A stretch of 64,000 bases of DNA from Thermoplasmata archaeon (lineage in GTDB: Archaea > Thermoplasmatota > Thermoplasmata > Lutacidiplasmatales > UBA184): NCBI GenBank assembly GCA_021817605.1, contig JAKAUN010000012.1:7507-71506 (forward strand), written 5' to 3'. The number at the start of each line of letters is the position of its first letter. The first letter of the stretch is position 1. The position numbers were made by a program, and so were the translations under genes. This document shows, in pieces, positions 1 through 8,247 of the stretch. The notes beneath the pieces are model-generated. The model was given only the letters and a program-made list of their open reading frames with translations. It had not been told where the DNA came from and did no database searches.

Positions 1-1223
1 AGATCGGGACGGAGCTCGACCTCCTCCCCCGCGAGCAGACGGTCCTTCACCTTCACGACAAGCTGCCCGTCGGACGAGGTTACGGAGGGCGGGTCCTCCT
101 CGGAGTAGCGTAGGTAGACCGAGCCGCCTCGGAGGGCCTTCTCGTAGAGCGCCTCGTAACGGCCGTAGGTCCGGATATCCCGGAAGAGGTGGTACTGCCG
201 CACCGAGGGGTCGAGGCCGTTCACCACCGTAGCGATGTGGGAAGTGGCGCTGCAACAGTAGCGGGAGCAGTAGGTCCTCCCCGATCGGTCCGGGGACTCC
301 CGAGAACCCACGCAGTAGACATAGGCGATAGAGCGCACGGGCCTTCCCTGGTAGGCGAGAGGGCGTGCTCCGGTGGCGAGGAGTTCCTTGAACTCGGGCA
401 GCGTGACAACGCCCGGGAGACCGTAGCCGAACTCGCCGGCCTGGGGGGCGTAGGGTTCGAACCCGGTGGCGACGACGATCGACCCGACGGTGAGTTCGAC
501 GGTCTCCTTGGAACGGGTCCGCAGCTTGACCTGAAAGGCTCCGAGTCGGCCCGACTTCTCCAGGAGCTCGGCCCCCAGGTAGACGGCGATGTTCTCTCGG
601 GCCCGGACGGCCGAGATCAGCCCGTGGACGAGTTCGCGACCGACCTTGTCGTTCGGGAAGAGGTTCCCCCAGCGGGCCACGTGGCCGCCGAGCTCCTCCG
701 CCCGTTCCACCAGGTGGACCGAGATCCCCATCTCCGACAGCTCGAGGGCCGCGCGCAGGCCCGCGACCCCGCCTCCCACGACCACGACCGCGGGCAACGT
801 CTCGACCCGGATCTTCTCGAGCGGTTCGGAGAGCGCGGTCCGGGCGACGCCGGCTCGGGCCAGGTGGATCGCCTTCTGGGTCGCGCCACCACGGTCGTGC
901 GTGTGAGCCCAGGAATCCTGTTCCCGGATGTTGACCTGGGTGTACTGGTAGGGGTTGAGACCAGCGCGCTCCGCCATGGCCCGGAACGTGGCTGTGTGGA
1001 GCTTGGGGGAGCAGGAGCAGACGACCACCCCATCGAGCTTCTTCTCCCGGATCTCCCGGATGGCATCCTGCTGGGCAGCGTCCGAGCACGCGAACATCTG
1101 GACCTGGGCCGAGACGACGTCAGCGTCCTTTTCGATCGTCTCGCGGACCTTCTCCGTGTCCACGTAGTCGGAGATGTTGCCGCCGCACTGGCAGACGACC
1201 ACGCCGATCCGTCGGCCCGTCAT
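1..1223 (-). CDS. hdrA: Heterodisulfide reductase subunit A (HdrA), 5' complete, 3' end beyond window start
   Basis: Manual translation of minus strand from ATG at 1223: MTGRRIGVVVCQCGGNISDYVD...VVVCSCSPKLHTATFRAMAERAGLNPYQYTQVNIREQDSWAH (canonical HdrA N-terminal 4-Cys domain) then GxGxxG FAD fold and CSRYCC motif; ATGA overlap with upstream gene stop at 1220. Confidence 0.85.
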   Translation of the reverse strand, partial: MTGRRIGVVVCQCGGNISDYVDTEKVRETIEKDADVVSAQVQMFACSDAAQQDAIREIREKKLDGVVVCSCSPKLHTATFRAMAERAGLNPYQYTQVNIREQDSWAHTHDRGGATQKAIHLARAGVARTALSEPLEKIRVETLPAVVVVGGGVAGLRAALELSEMGISVHLVERAEELGGHVARWGNLFPNDKVGRELVHGLISAVRARENIAVYLGAELLEKSGRLGAFQVKLRTRSKETVELTVGSIVVATGFEPYAPQAGEFGYGLPGVVTLPEFKELLATGARPLAYQGRPVRSIAYVYCVGSRESPDRSGRTYCSRYCCSATSHIATVVNGLDPSVRQYHLFRDIRTYGRYEALYEKALRGGSVYLRYSEEDPPSVTSSDGQLVVKVKDRLLAGEEVELRPD

Positions 1224-3952
1224 GCCGTGGCACCCCCCCGCCGGAGGTAGGCGGCGATCTGCGCCGAGGCGGCCTCCGCGTGCACGATAGTGTCGGGGAT
1301 GTCCCGGACGGCCGTGGCCGCCCCGATCGCGAAGACGCCCTCGAGGCTCGTGGCACCGGGTTCAAGCTCCTCGTCCACCTCGTGGACGTAGCTCGCGGCA
1401 TCCCGCTCGAGGGTGCCGGAGGGAAAGAGGCCGAACGCTCCTTGGTTCGGGAGGAGGCCGGTCGAGAGGACCACGAGGTCGTGCCGCGCGACCTTGTGCC
1501 CTCCGCCACCCTCCACGTCCTCGAAGTGGACCAGAAGGTCGTGCCCGTCCGTCTCTTCGATCCGGGAGACGCGTCCTTTCTGGAAATAGACGCTCATCCC
1601 CTTGGTCTGCTGGTAGAACTCCTCGTAGCCCTTGCCGAAGGCCCGGATGTCGATGTAGTAGATGGTGACGTCCGCCAGCGGAAGCGAGCCCATGAGCAAC
1701 TGGGCCTGCTTCATCGAGTACATGCAGCAGACCCGAGAGCAGAGACGATTGCCGACCTGCTCGTCGCGCGAGCCCACGCAGAGGACGAAGGCAACGTTGC
1801 TCGGTGCCTTGCCGTCCGAAGGGCGTACGACGGCGTTGTACGGCCGCGTCGGGGCCAGGATGCGGTCCATCTGAGGACCGTTGATGACGTTCGCAAAGCG
1901 TCCGAATCCTAGCGCCGGTTTTGCCTTGGCATCAAAGGGAGAGAACCCGGTGGCGAGCGCGACCGATCGGACCGTCACGGCCTCGTGCCGGGCAGCCATG
2001 CCAAGGTCGATGGCGTCCGCCGGACAGGCCCTCACGCACTCCCGGCACTCGGAGCAGACGCCGCAATCCAGGCAGCGATTGGCGCTGTCGCGGGCCTGGT
2101 CCTCCGTGAAGGCTTCCTCGTAGGTCTGGAACGAACCGATCCGCTCCTCGGCCGGTCTCCGGCGCAGGGGCACGGGGGGCCGGGGCGAGGCGGACTCATG
2201 CGCTTCGGCGGCCACCTGGACCGGGTCCACCTTGGGAAGCCGGGAGTCGAAGCGGGTTCCCTCCGTCGACTCTCCTCGGAGGAACCGGTCGATGAAGAAC
2301 GCGGCGCGCTTCCCCTGCCCAATAGCGGTCACGATCATCGACGGACCCGTGACGGCGTCTCCGCCGGCGAAGACGCCGGGCGCGGAGGTCGCCAGGGTCT
2401 CCGGGTCGACCTTGATGGTCCCGTTGCGCTCCAGAGCGACCTCGCCAGCAAAGGCCGCGGTGTTCGGTGCCAGCCCGATCGCGGTGATCACCACATCCGC
2501 CGGGACCGTCTCCTGGACCGAGAGGTCGAAGGTAGGACGGAATCGGTGGGCCTCGTCAAAAACGGAAGTGCAGCGGACGAGCTCCACGCCGAAGACCCGT
2601 TGATCGTAGCCGAGCACCTGGCCGACCCCCCACGAGTTGGTGAGGACCACGCCCTCCTCCTCGGCCTCTCGGATCTCCCACGGATGGGCCGGCATCTCCA
2701 GGCGGGACTCGAGACAGAACATCTTGACCGAGCGGGCCCCCAGGCGGAGCGCGCTTCGTGCGGAGTCGATCGCCACGTTCCCGCCGCCGATGACCACCAC
2801 CGCCTTTCCGGCGAGATCGGGCGGATGGCCCTCGTTGATCCGGTGAAGGTACTCGACAGCGTCCTGGACGCCCGAGAGCTCCTCTCCGGGCACCTGCAGC
2901 TTGCGCCCGCCCCGGTCGCCCGTGGCGAGGAAGACCGCGTCGAACCCTTGGTCCCTGAGCGCGGCGATCGAGCTCACCTTCCGGCCGGTCTCGATGCGCA
3001 CGCCGAGAGCCGTGACGTTCGCGACGTCCCTCGCCAGGACCTCCTTCGGAAGACGGTAGGCAGGAATCCCCCACCGTAGGATGCCTCCGGGCTCGGGCTC
3101 CGCTTCGAAGATGGTGACGGCATAGCCGAGCTGGCCGAGACGGAAACCGGCGGCGAGCCCGCCCGGTCCGGAGCCCACTATCGCCACGCGCTTGCCGTTC
3201 TGCTCCCGAGGCGGGCCGTATTCCGGCACGGCATGGGTGCTGTAGTAGCGGTCCGCCATGAACCGCTTGATCCCGCGGATCGGGAGCGCGCCTTCGAGCT
3301 CCTTGCGCGAGCAGCTCTCCTCGCACGGAGCATAGCAGGCCCGGCTGAGGACACCCACCAGCGGCGCATCCTCGAGGTGTTGACGGAACGCTTCGTCGTA
3401 CTTGCCGGCGCGGACGAGCGAGATGTACCCGTGGGGTTTCACCCCGGCGGGACAGCTGAACGAGCACGGAGACGATCCGCGGCGCGTGATGACGGCCTTC
3501 TTCGGCACGGCCTGGGGAAACGCGATGTGGGCCGCCCGTCGGGCGGAGAGATCGTAGTTGAACTCGTCGGGGACGGCGACGGTGCAGGCGGCTTCGCAGA
3601 GGGCGCAGCCGGTGCACTTCGCAGGGTCGATGAACGTGGGCTTGCGCGTGAGCTCGATGTCGAAGCCGCCGTCCTTCCGGGGGACGATCCTGTCGACCTC
3701 GGAGCTGACGAGGGTCCGGACGTTCGGGTGGTTGTTCACGGCGGCCATCTTCGGGGTGGAGATGCAGCTCGCGCAATCGAGCGTCGGGAAGACCTTGCTC
3801 AGAAGGATCATGCGCCCGCCGACGCTCGGCTCCTTCTCGACGACGAGCACCTTGAATCCCATCTCGCCCAGGGTGAGGGCGGACTCCATCCCGCCGATGC
3901 CCGCGCCGACGACCAGAACGTCGTAGTCGGCCTTGGGGGCCGCGTCGGTCAT
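1220..3952 (-). CDS. HdrA-like flavoprotein fused to GltD-like NAD(P)H/FAD domain and 2x[4Fe-4S] ferredoxin domains (911 aa)
   Basis: True start ATG at 3952 (MTDAAPKADYDVLVVGAGIGG Rossmann); CTGCALCEAAC and CLDCGVCSECRECVRACP ferredoxin motifs; central RVAIVGSGPGGLAAGFRLGQLGY GltD-like domain; C-terminal CSRVCCMYS HdrA signature; upstream 67 aa of track ORF (1220..4153) belong to mvhD in another frame. Confidence 0.85.
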   Translation of the reverse strand: MTDAAPKADYDVLVVGAGIGGMESALTLGEMGFKVLVVEKEPSVGGRMILLSKVFPTLDCASCISTPKMAAVNNHPNVRTLVSSEVDRIVPRKDGGFDIELTRKPTFIDPAKCTGCALCEAACTVAVPDEFNYDLSARRAAHIAFPQAVPKKAVITRRGSSPCSFSCPAGVKPHGYISLVRAGKYDEAFRQHLEDAPLVGVLSRACYAPCEESCSRKELEGALPIRGIKRFMADRYYSTHAVPEYGPPREQNGKRVAIVGSGPGGLAAGFRLGQLGYAVTIFEAEPEPGGILRWGIPAYRLPKEVLARDVANVTALGVRIETGRKVSSIAALRDQGFDAVFLATGDRGGRKLQVPGEELSGVQDAVEYLHRINEGHPPDLAGKAVVVIGGGNVAIDSARSALRLGARSVKMFCLESRLEMPAHPWEIREAEEEGVVLTNSWGVGQVLGYDQRVFGVELVRCTSVFDEAHRFRPTFDLSVQETVPADVVITAIGLAPNTAAFAGEVALERNGTIKVDPETLATSAPGVFAGGDAVTGPSMIVTAIGQGKRAAFFIDRFLRGESTEGTRFDSRLPKVDPVQVAAEAHESASPRPPVPLRRRPAEERIGSFQTYEEAFTEDQARDSANRCLDCGVCSECRECVRACPADAIDLGMAARHEAVTVRSVALATGFSPFDAKAKPALGFGRFANVINGPQMDRILAPTRPYNAVVRPSDGKAPSNVAFVLCVGSRDEQVGNRLCSRVCCMYSMKQAQLLMGSLPLADVTIYYIDIRAFGKGYEEFYQQTKGMSVYFQKGRVSRIEETDGHDLLVHFEDVEGGGGHKVARHDLVVLSTGLLPNQGAFGLFPSGTLERDAASYVHEVDEELEPGATSLEGVFAIGAATAVRDIPDTIVHAEAASAQIAAYLRRGGATA

Positions 3953-4350
3953 GCCGGTGCCGCTGGCGGGATAGCCAGCGCCTCCAAGGCTCGGCTGAAC
4001 TGCTTCATGTGGTTGACGAACGGCTCGGAACAGACCGAACAGATCGCGGCGGTCTTCACTCGGGCCGGATCGAGCCCATCCTCCTTGAGGAGAGCCTGGG
4101 CCCGCTCGATGACCTTCCCCGTCCGCGCCACGCAGTCGTTGAGATAGGAGCACTCCGGCCCGTCCGCCGCCACGAACACCCCGTCGAAGCCGGACTTGAC
4201 CGCATGCACGATCCAGGCCGGGTTGATCCCGCTCGAGCAGGGAACCGCAATCGTCTCCACGCCCACGGGGTAGTCCACGTGCGAGCTACCGGCGAGGTCG
4301 ATCCCCATGTCCGAGATCGCGTTGGTCGAGAAGACCAGGATGCGGGTCAT
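3949..4350 (-). CDS. MvhD-like (methyl-viologen-reducing hydrogenase delta subunit family) protein, Cys-depleted variant
   Basis: 133-aa C-terminal part of track ORF 3949..5727 beginning MTRILVFSTNAISDMGIDLAGSS...VPCSSG...ADGPECSY aligns to MvhD (IVGFLCNWCSY...VMCSGRV...GCHPGDCHY) but lacks the first Cys pair; stop TGA overlaps hdrA-fusion ATG (ATGA). Confidence 0.75.
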   Translation of the reverse strand: MTRILVFSTNAISDMGIDLAGSSHVDYPVGVETIAVPCSSGINPAWIVHAVKSGFDGVFVAADGPECSYLNDCVARTGKVIERAQALLKEDGLDPARVKTAAICSVCSEPFVNHMKQFSRALEALAIPPAAPA

Positions 4351-4376
4351 CGCCGGGGACGGGGCGCTGGCGGACA

Positions 4377-4631
4377 CTACTTGCCTCGACGCACGTACAC
4401 GTGCCAGAGCCCCGGCTCGGCAAGCGTGCCCAGGTACTCGTGGCCGACCTTCTTCGCCCACAACGGGACGTCCTCGGTCGTCCCCTCGTCCGAGGAGATG
4501 ACGTCCATCACGCCGTGGAGCGGGACCGCGGGAATGCTCCGCTTGGCCTCCAGAAGAGGCCCCGGACAGGCAACCCCTCGGGCATCCACCACTCTGTCGA
4601 CCTTCAGGCTTCGCAGCTCCTCCGCGTTCAT
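4377..4631 (-). CDS. tusA: TusA-like sulfurtransferase (CPxP motif)
   Basis: 84 aa, GVACPGPLL = Cys-Pro-x-Pro TusA active-site motif; strong SD AAGGAGGA 6 nt upstream of ATG at 4631. Confidence 0.8.
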   Translation of the reverse strand: MNAEELRSLKVDRVVDARGVACPGPLLEAKRSIPAVPLHGVMDVISSDEGTTEDVPLWAKKVGHEYLGTLAEPGLWHVYVRRGK

Positions 4632-4650
4632 TCTTTGTCCTCCTTCGAAC
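4632..4650 (-). promoter_or_regulatory. Shine-Dalgarno AAGGAGGA for tusA
   Basis: Reverse complement of 4637-4644 reads AAGGAGGA, 6 nt before tusA ATG. Confidence 0.5.
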
Positions 4651-4655
4651 TCCTT

Positions 4656-5084
4656 TCAGGCGTGGGCGCTCACCGCGACGGGCCCTTCCGGGACCGAGAC
4701 GCCCCGGGCGACCCGCGCCGAAGCGCGAAACTCGCCGGCGGGGTGTAAGTAGGTCGGCCGAAGGCATGCTTCCTCGAGAAGCGCGCGACGGACCAACCGA
4801 CACGCTTGCGAAAAGGCCGGGGTGCTGAGGCGATAGCGCACCTCGCGGCCCACCCGGGTGAAGCGCACGATGCCTCGATCGCGCATGACCCTCAGGTGCT
4901 GCGAGGTGTTCTGGAGGGTGAGCCCGAGACCCGTCGCAATGGTGCTGACGGTCGCCGGCCGGACCCCGAGGAGGTTCACGATCATGAGCCGTTTGGGATT
5001 GGCCAGGACCGCGATCACCCCCGCCTCGAGCTCGAAGGGCCGGAAGTCGGGGGTCCTCGCCCCCGCCAGGGAGCGCTTCGCCAT
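4656..5084 (-). CDS. ArsR/SmtB-family wHTH transcriptional regulator (candidate sHdrR-like sulfur-responsive repressor)
   Basis: LANPKRLMIVNLL...STIATGLGLTLQNTSQHLRVMRDRGIVRFTRVGREVRY is an ArsR-type wHTH; two C-terminal cysteines (ACRLV...EEACL); embedded between dsrE and tusA. Confidence 0.8.
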   Translation of the reverse strand: MAKRSLAGARTPDFRPFELEAGVIAVLANPKRLMIVNLLGVRPATVSTIATGLGLTLQNTSQHLRVMRDRGIVRFTRVGREVRYRLSTPAFSQACRLVRRALLEEACLRPTYLHPAGEFRASARVARGVSVPEGPVAVSAHA

Positions 5085-5099
5085 CGCCTCGGCTCCAGC

Positions 5100-5666
5100 T
5101 CAGATGAACAGACTGATCCGGCTGCGATCGGCAGCGTCGACGAACGACGCGACATTGCCGAAGTGGATCCCGTCGATGAGCTCCTCCTTGCGGATCCCCA
5201 TGAGGTCCATCGACATGGTGCAAGCGATGAAGCGCACCCCCTGCTCCTGCGCGGATCGGAGGAGCTCCTGGAGGCTGGAGACGTGCTTCTTCGACATCTC
5301 TCGCTTCATGATCCGGGTCCCCAGGCCCGCCATCTTGAGCGTCGAGAGCTGGAGGTGCGCGGCGCCACGGGGCATCATCCGAGAGAACATTCCCTCGATC
5401 ATCGTCTTCTTCCCCTCGGCGTTGGCCGGGTGCTCTCGACGAAGGACGTTGAGCCCCCAGAACGTGAAGAACACGCTCACGGGCAGGTCCATCGCGGCCG
5501 CACCGTTGACGATGATCATCGCCGCGAGGACCTTGTCGAGGTCGCCGGAGAAGACCACCATCGAGAGACCGCTGGGCTGCGGCTCCGCCTCCTCCGTCCG
5601 AGAGGCCGCCCTTCCCACTCCGTGGTCGAATCCCAGCTCGTGCACCTCCGTTGCTCCTCCTGACAT
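5100..5666 (-). CDS. DsrE/DsrF-like sulfur relay protein
   Basis: MVVFSGDLDKVLAAMIIVNGAAAMDLPVSVFFTFWGLNVL...GVRFIACTMSMDLMG matches DsrE/YchN fold with conserved Cys; start taken at the internal ATG (MSGG...), which has a GGAGTGAGG RBS, rather than the track's upstream GTG at 5705. Confidence 0.8.
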   Translation of the reverse strand: MSGGATEVHELGFDHGVGRAASRTEEAEPQPSGLSMVVFSGDLDKVLAAMIIVNGAAAMDLPVSVFFTFWGLNVLRREHPANAEGKKTMIEGMFSRMMPRGAAHLQLSTLKMAGLGTRIMKREMSKKHVSSLQELLRSAQEQGVRFIACTMSMDLMGIRKEELIDGIHFGNVASFVDAADRSRISLFI

Positions 5667-6313
5667 TGTCCTCACTCCGGTGGTTCTCGTGCCCCGCAGT
5701 TTCACACTTGCAGGACATTGCTATCATCGGAAACGCAAGCTATGAACGGTCGCTCAAGCGGGGTTCACCAAGCCGTAGGTAGGTGAGGTCGCACCCTACG
5801 GATCCCCGATTACCCCGTGGGAGGTTCCATTTAGAACCGTGCGAAGCTCTCGCAACGGAGGGAGGATTCGACAAGCCTCCCTCGCCCTTGAGAGGCCAAA
5901 GAATAGGCCGCGAGGAGCCCACTCCCCGTGAGAGTTCGACGCGTCGTGGTGAATCACGCGCCTACTACCAGCTATTCGCAGCCTCCCCCGCGCCAGCCTC
6001 TGGTCTTCCTGATTCGGACCCCTTCGCGCTGCCGCTCCAAAGGGGTCCCGGCACGGCCAACCATGTGAACCGCCGACGGGATCGAGTTCGTGGCCTAGCT
6101 TCGTCCGCGTCTGGGGGAACCGTCTCGGTCGGGTCGTAGGAGGGGCCCTGCGATCCGCAGCGCGCCAGCGATCCCCACGTCGCTGGGGAGGGGAACCAGT
6201 ACGCCGTTGAGGTCGCGGGCCCGGACAGGCCTAAGACGAGCTGATCGTGTTCGGGTTCTACCTGGGGTCATTGCCATTCGGCGGTCTCCCACGGCCACAG
6301 CGCAGGTCCAACG

Positions 6314-7369
6314 ATGAGCAGCCGAACCCAACACCTTCTGGACACGTCCCCTCTCGCGGGACTCCGGTACGCCTGCCGGCCCGACTGCGGGCTCTGCTGC
6401 TACGCCGAGCCGCTAGTGGCTCCCTCGGAGAAGCAAAGTCTCCTGCGCATCGTTCCTGAGGCCAAGTTCATCACCCGCGGAAGATTCGAGTTCCTTCGTT
6501 CCAGCCCTGAGGGGGGTGCGTGCCAACTCCTTGACGGACACCGTTGTACGGCCCATGGCGTCCGTCCGGCCCCTTGTCGAGAGTACCCGCTGTCCGGGTA
6601 CGTCGGGACTCGACTCCAAGCGGTCGCCGCCCTCACTTGTCCGGGCATCGATCTAGCCTTCCTCGACGGCTACGGCGGCCCCGAGACCGCCTCCCCCCCG
6701 CAGGGCTTGGACGCGGCACTTGCCGGGCTGCGTGCCAGAATCTCGGGGAGCGTGGACCGTCGCCTGGAGGAGAGCCGACGACGCCGACGCCAGATCTCTC
6801 GTGCCGTGGCAAGGGACGGACGGTGGGTAGAAGAGGCCGAAGTCCGCCGTCAGCTGCAGGAGGAGCTCCCCGTTCCCCGCAACGACGATTTTCCACCCGG
6901 GGCCCCTCCTTCCCAAGAGGAAGGGTTGGAACTGCTCCCGCTCGTCTTCGACGCCAGGGAAGGCCCGTTGGCGTTGGCGGCCCGCCCTGAGGGCTGGGAG
7001 CTCCTCGAACTGCGTCCCAGGGGAGGTGTCGAGAAATCGCTCGGCGTGGCGTTACCGCCCGAGCGGCTCCCCGTTCTCTCCGAGGCAGCTTGGCGCATCC
7101 TCGCAGGTTACCTACGCTACTGGCTCGAACGTGACCAACTGTTCGGCATCGTTCACCTCGAGATGGCCGAGAACCGCCGTGGCGACGTGACCGACTGCGT
7201 CGCCGCCGAGTTGCGACAAATCGCCGCGATCGCCGTTTCCCGTGCCTACGTCCTGGCGAGCCTCTGCCGAGGAAGCGTCGGACCGCTTTCCGGCACCGAC
7301 CTCCATCAAGGGATCCGGGCGACGGACCAGGACCTGCTTGATCGCCAGGCCTGGGGCACTCGTCTATAG
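6314..7369 (+). CDS. YkgJ-family (CxxCxxCC) Fe-S/zinc-chelating domain protein with long C-terminal extension
   Basis: N-terminus CRPDCGLCCY...C..C typical of the UPF0153/YkgJ putative zinc/iron-chelating domain; remaining ~250 aa unassigned. Confidence 0.6.
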   Translation: MSSRTQHLLDTSPLAGLRYACRPDCGLCCYAEPLVAPSEKQSLLRIVPEAKFITRGRFEFLRSSPEGGACQLLDGHRCTAHGVRPAPCREYPLSGYVGTRLQAVAALTCPGIDLAFLDGYGGPETASPPQGLDAALAGLRARISGSVDRRLEESRRRRRQISRAVARDGRWVEEAEVRRQLQEELPVPRNDDFPPGAPPSQEEGLELLPLVFDAREGPLALAARPEGWELLELRPRGGVEKSLGVALPPERLPVLSEAAWRILAGYLRYWLERDQLFGIVHLEMAENRRGDVTDCVAAELRQIAAIAVSRAYVLASLCRGSVGPLSGTDLHQGIRATDQDLLDRQAWGTRL

Positions 7370-7632
7370 CCGGCCCCCGCGCGCCGCTTGACCGAGATCA
7401 CAGGCGGTGTTTTCCGGCCCTTGGGCATGATCTCGGGAACATGCCGGCGGACGCCCCTTAACGCGCCGTCTCCTACGCAAGAGGAACAGCTACGAGCGGT
7501 CTTCCACCTACCGAGCGGAGGAACGGCGCAACGGGTGCGTTAGTCCCGTCGGGGTGGCCCAAGTCCTGCTCTCGAGCTCGCGTCGTTCGGCCTAACTTCG
7601 TCCCGGCCTCAAAGAGCGACTCCCGTGCCGGT

Positions 7633-8247
7633 TCAGTCTGGCTTCCGCGCGATGACCACATCCATCGCCTTTCGATGGGGAACGCCGCCCGAGTTGGAAA
7701 CGAACTCCACCTGCTTCGAGTCCAGGATCTCCCAATCCCCGTAGTAGCCCAGCAGCTCTCCCGACCGGAACGGAGACGCAAAGGGATTCATCGAGTAGGG
7801 AGGGATGTAGGGCTTGGGTACGTCCGCGTTCATGGCGTTGATTCCTCCCGGCGCGGTGTTCGCTTTGAAGTGCTCGAATCGGGTCGCCCGAATTCGACGA
7901 GGGAGGTTATTCAGGGCACCCGAGGAGAACACCACGTCCACCCGGTGACTCAGTCGGTAGGTCCGAATGTCTCCGACGTGAAATCGAACATCGACGCCGA
8001 GTCGGGCCGCCCTGCGATCCGCTTTTCGGACTCCCACACTCGAGATGTCGACGCCCACGACCCGGTAGCCTAGCCGGGCAAAGTGGATCGAATCCCGGCC
8101 CTCGCCCGAACCCAAGTCGACCAACGTACGGGGCGAGCGCGGAAGTGAGCGTGCTATGCGAACGAAATCTCGTGCCAGTTGGGTGGGCTTGCTTCCCCAG
8201 TAGAGACCGGGCCGAGAGTAGCGTTCGTCATACACCGGCTCACTCAA
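7633..8247 (-). CDS. Class I SAM-dependent methyltransferase (TehB-like)
   Basis: DLGSGEGRDSIHFARLGYRVVGVDIS motif I; likely TTG start at 8247 preceded by GGAGGAG RBS (track ORF extends to 8382 with an R-rich extension). Confidence 0.8.
   Translation of the reverse strand: MSEPVYDERYSRPGLYWGSKPTQLARDFVRIARSLPRSPRTLVDLGSGEGRDSIHFARLGYRVVGVDISSVGVRKADRRAARLGVDVRFHVGDIRTYRLSHRVDVVFSSGALNNLPRRIRATRFEHFKANTAPGGINAMNADVPKPYIPPYSMNPFASPFRSGELLGYYGDWEILDSKQVEFVSNSGGVPHRKAMDVVIARKPD

Noticed and set aside
189-1250. 353-aa plus-strand ORF
   Set aside because: Antisense to the real hdrA (1..1223 minus, canonical HdrA motifs); R/G/D-rich low-complexity translation
2556-3776. 406-aa minus-strand ORF and 3233..4147 plus ORF
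   Set aside because: Out-of-frame or antisense shadows of the HdrA-fusion gene; Arg/Pro/Gly-rich, no motifs
3949-5727. 592-aa track ORF read as a single protein
   Set aside because: Only the C-terminal 133 aa (mvhD-like) are real; upstream part reads through tusA/arsR/dsrE in the wrong frame
5760-5960. Possible tRNA/SRP/RNase P RNA in the sulfur-operon leader
   Set aside because: Hairpins are present, but no T-loop (GTTCRANYC), acceptor pairing or conserved SRP/RNase P motifs could be matched by eye; left as an unexplained structured region
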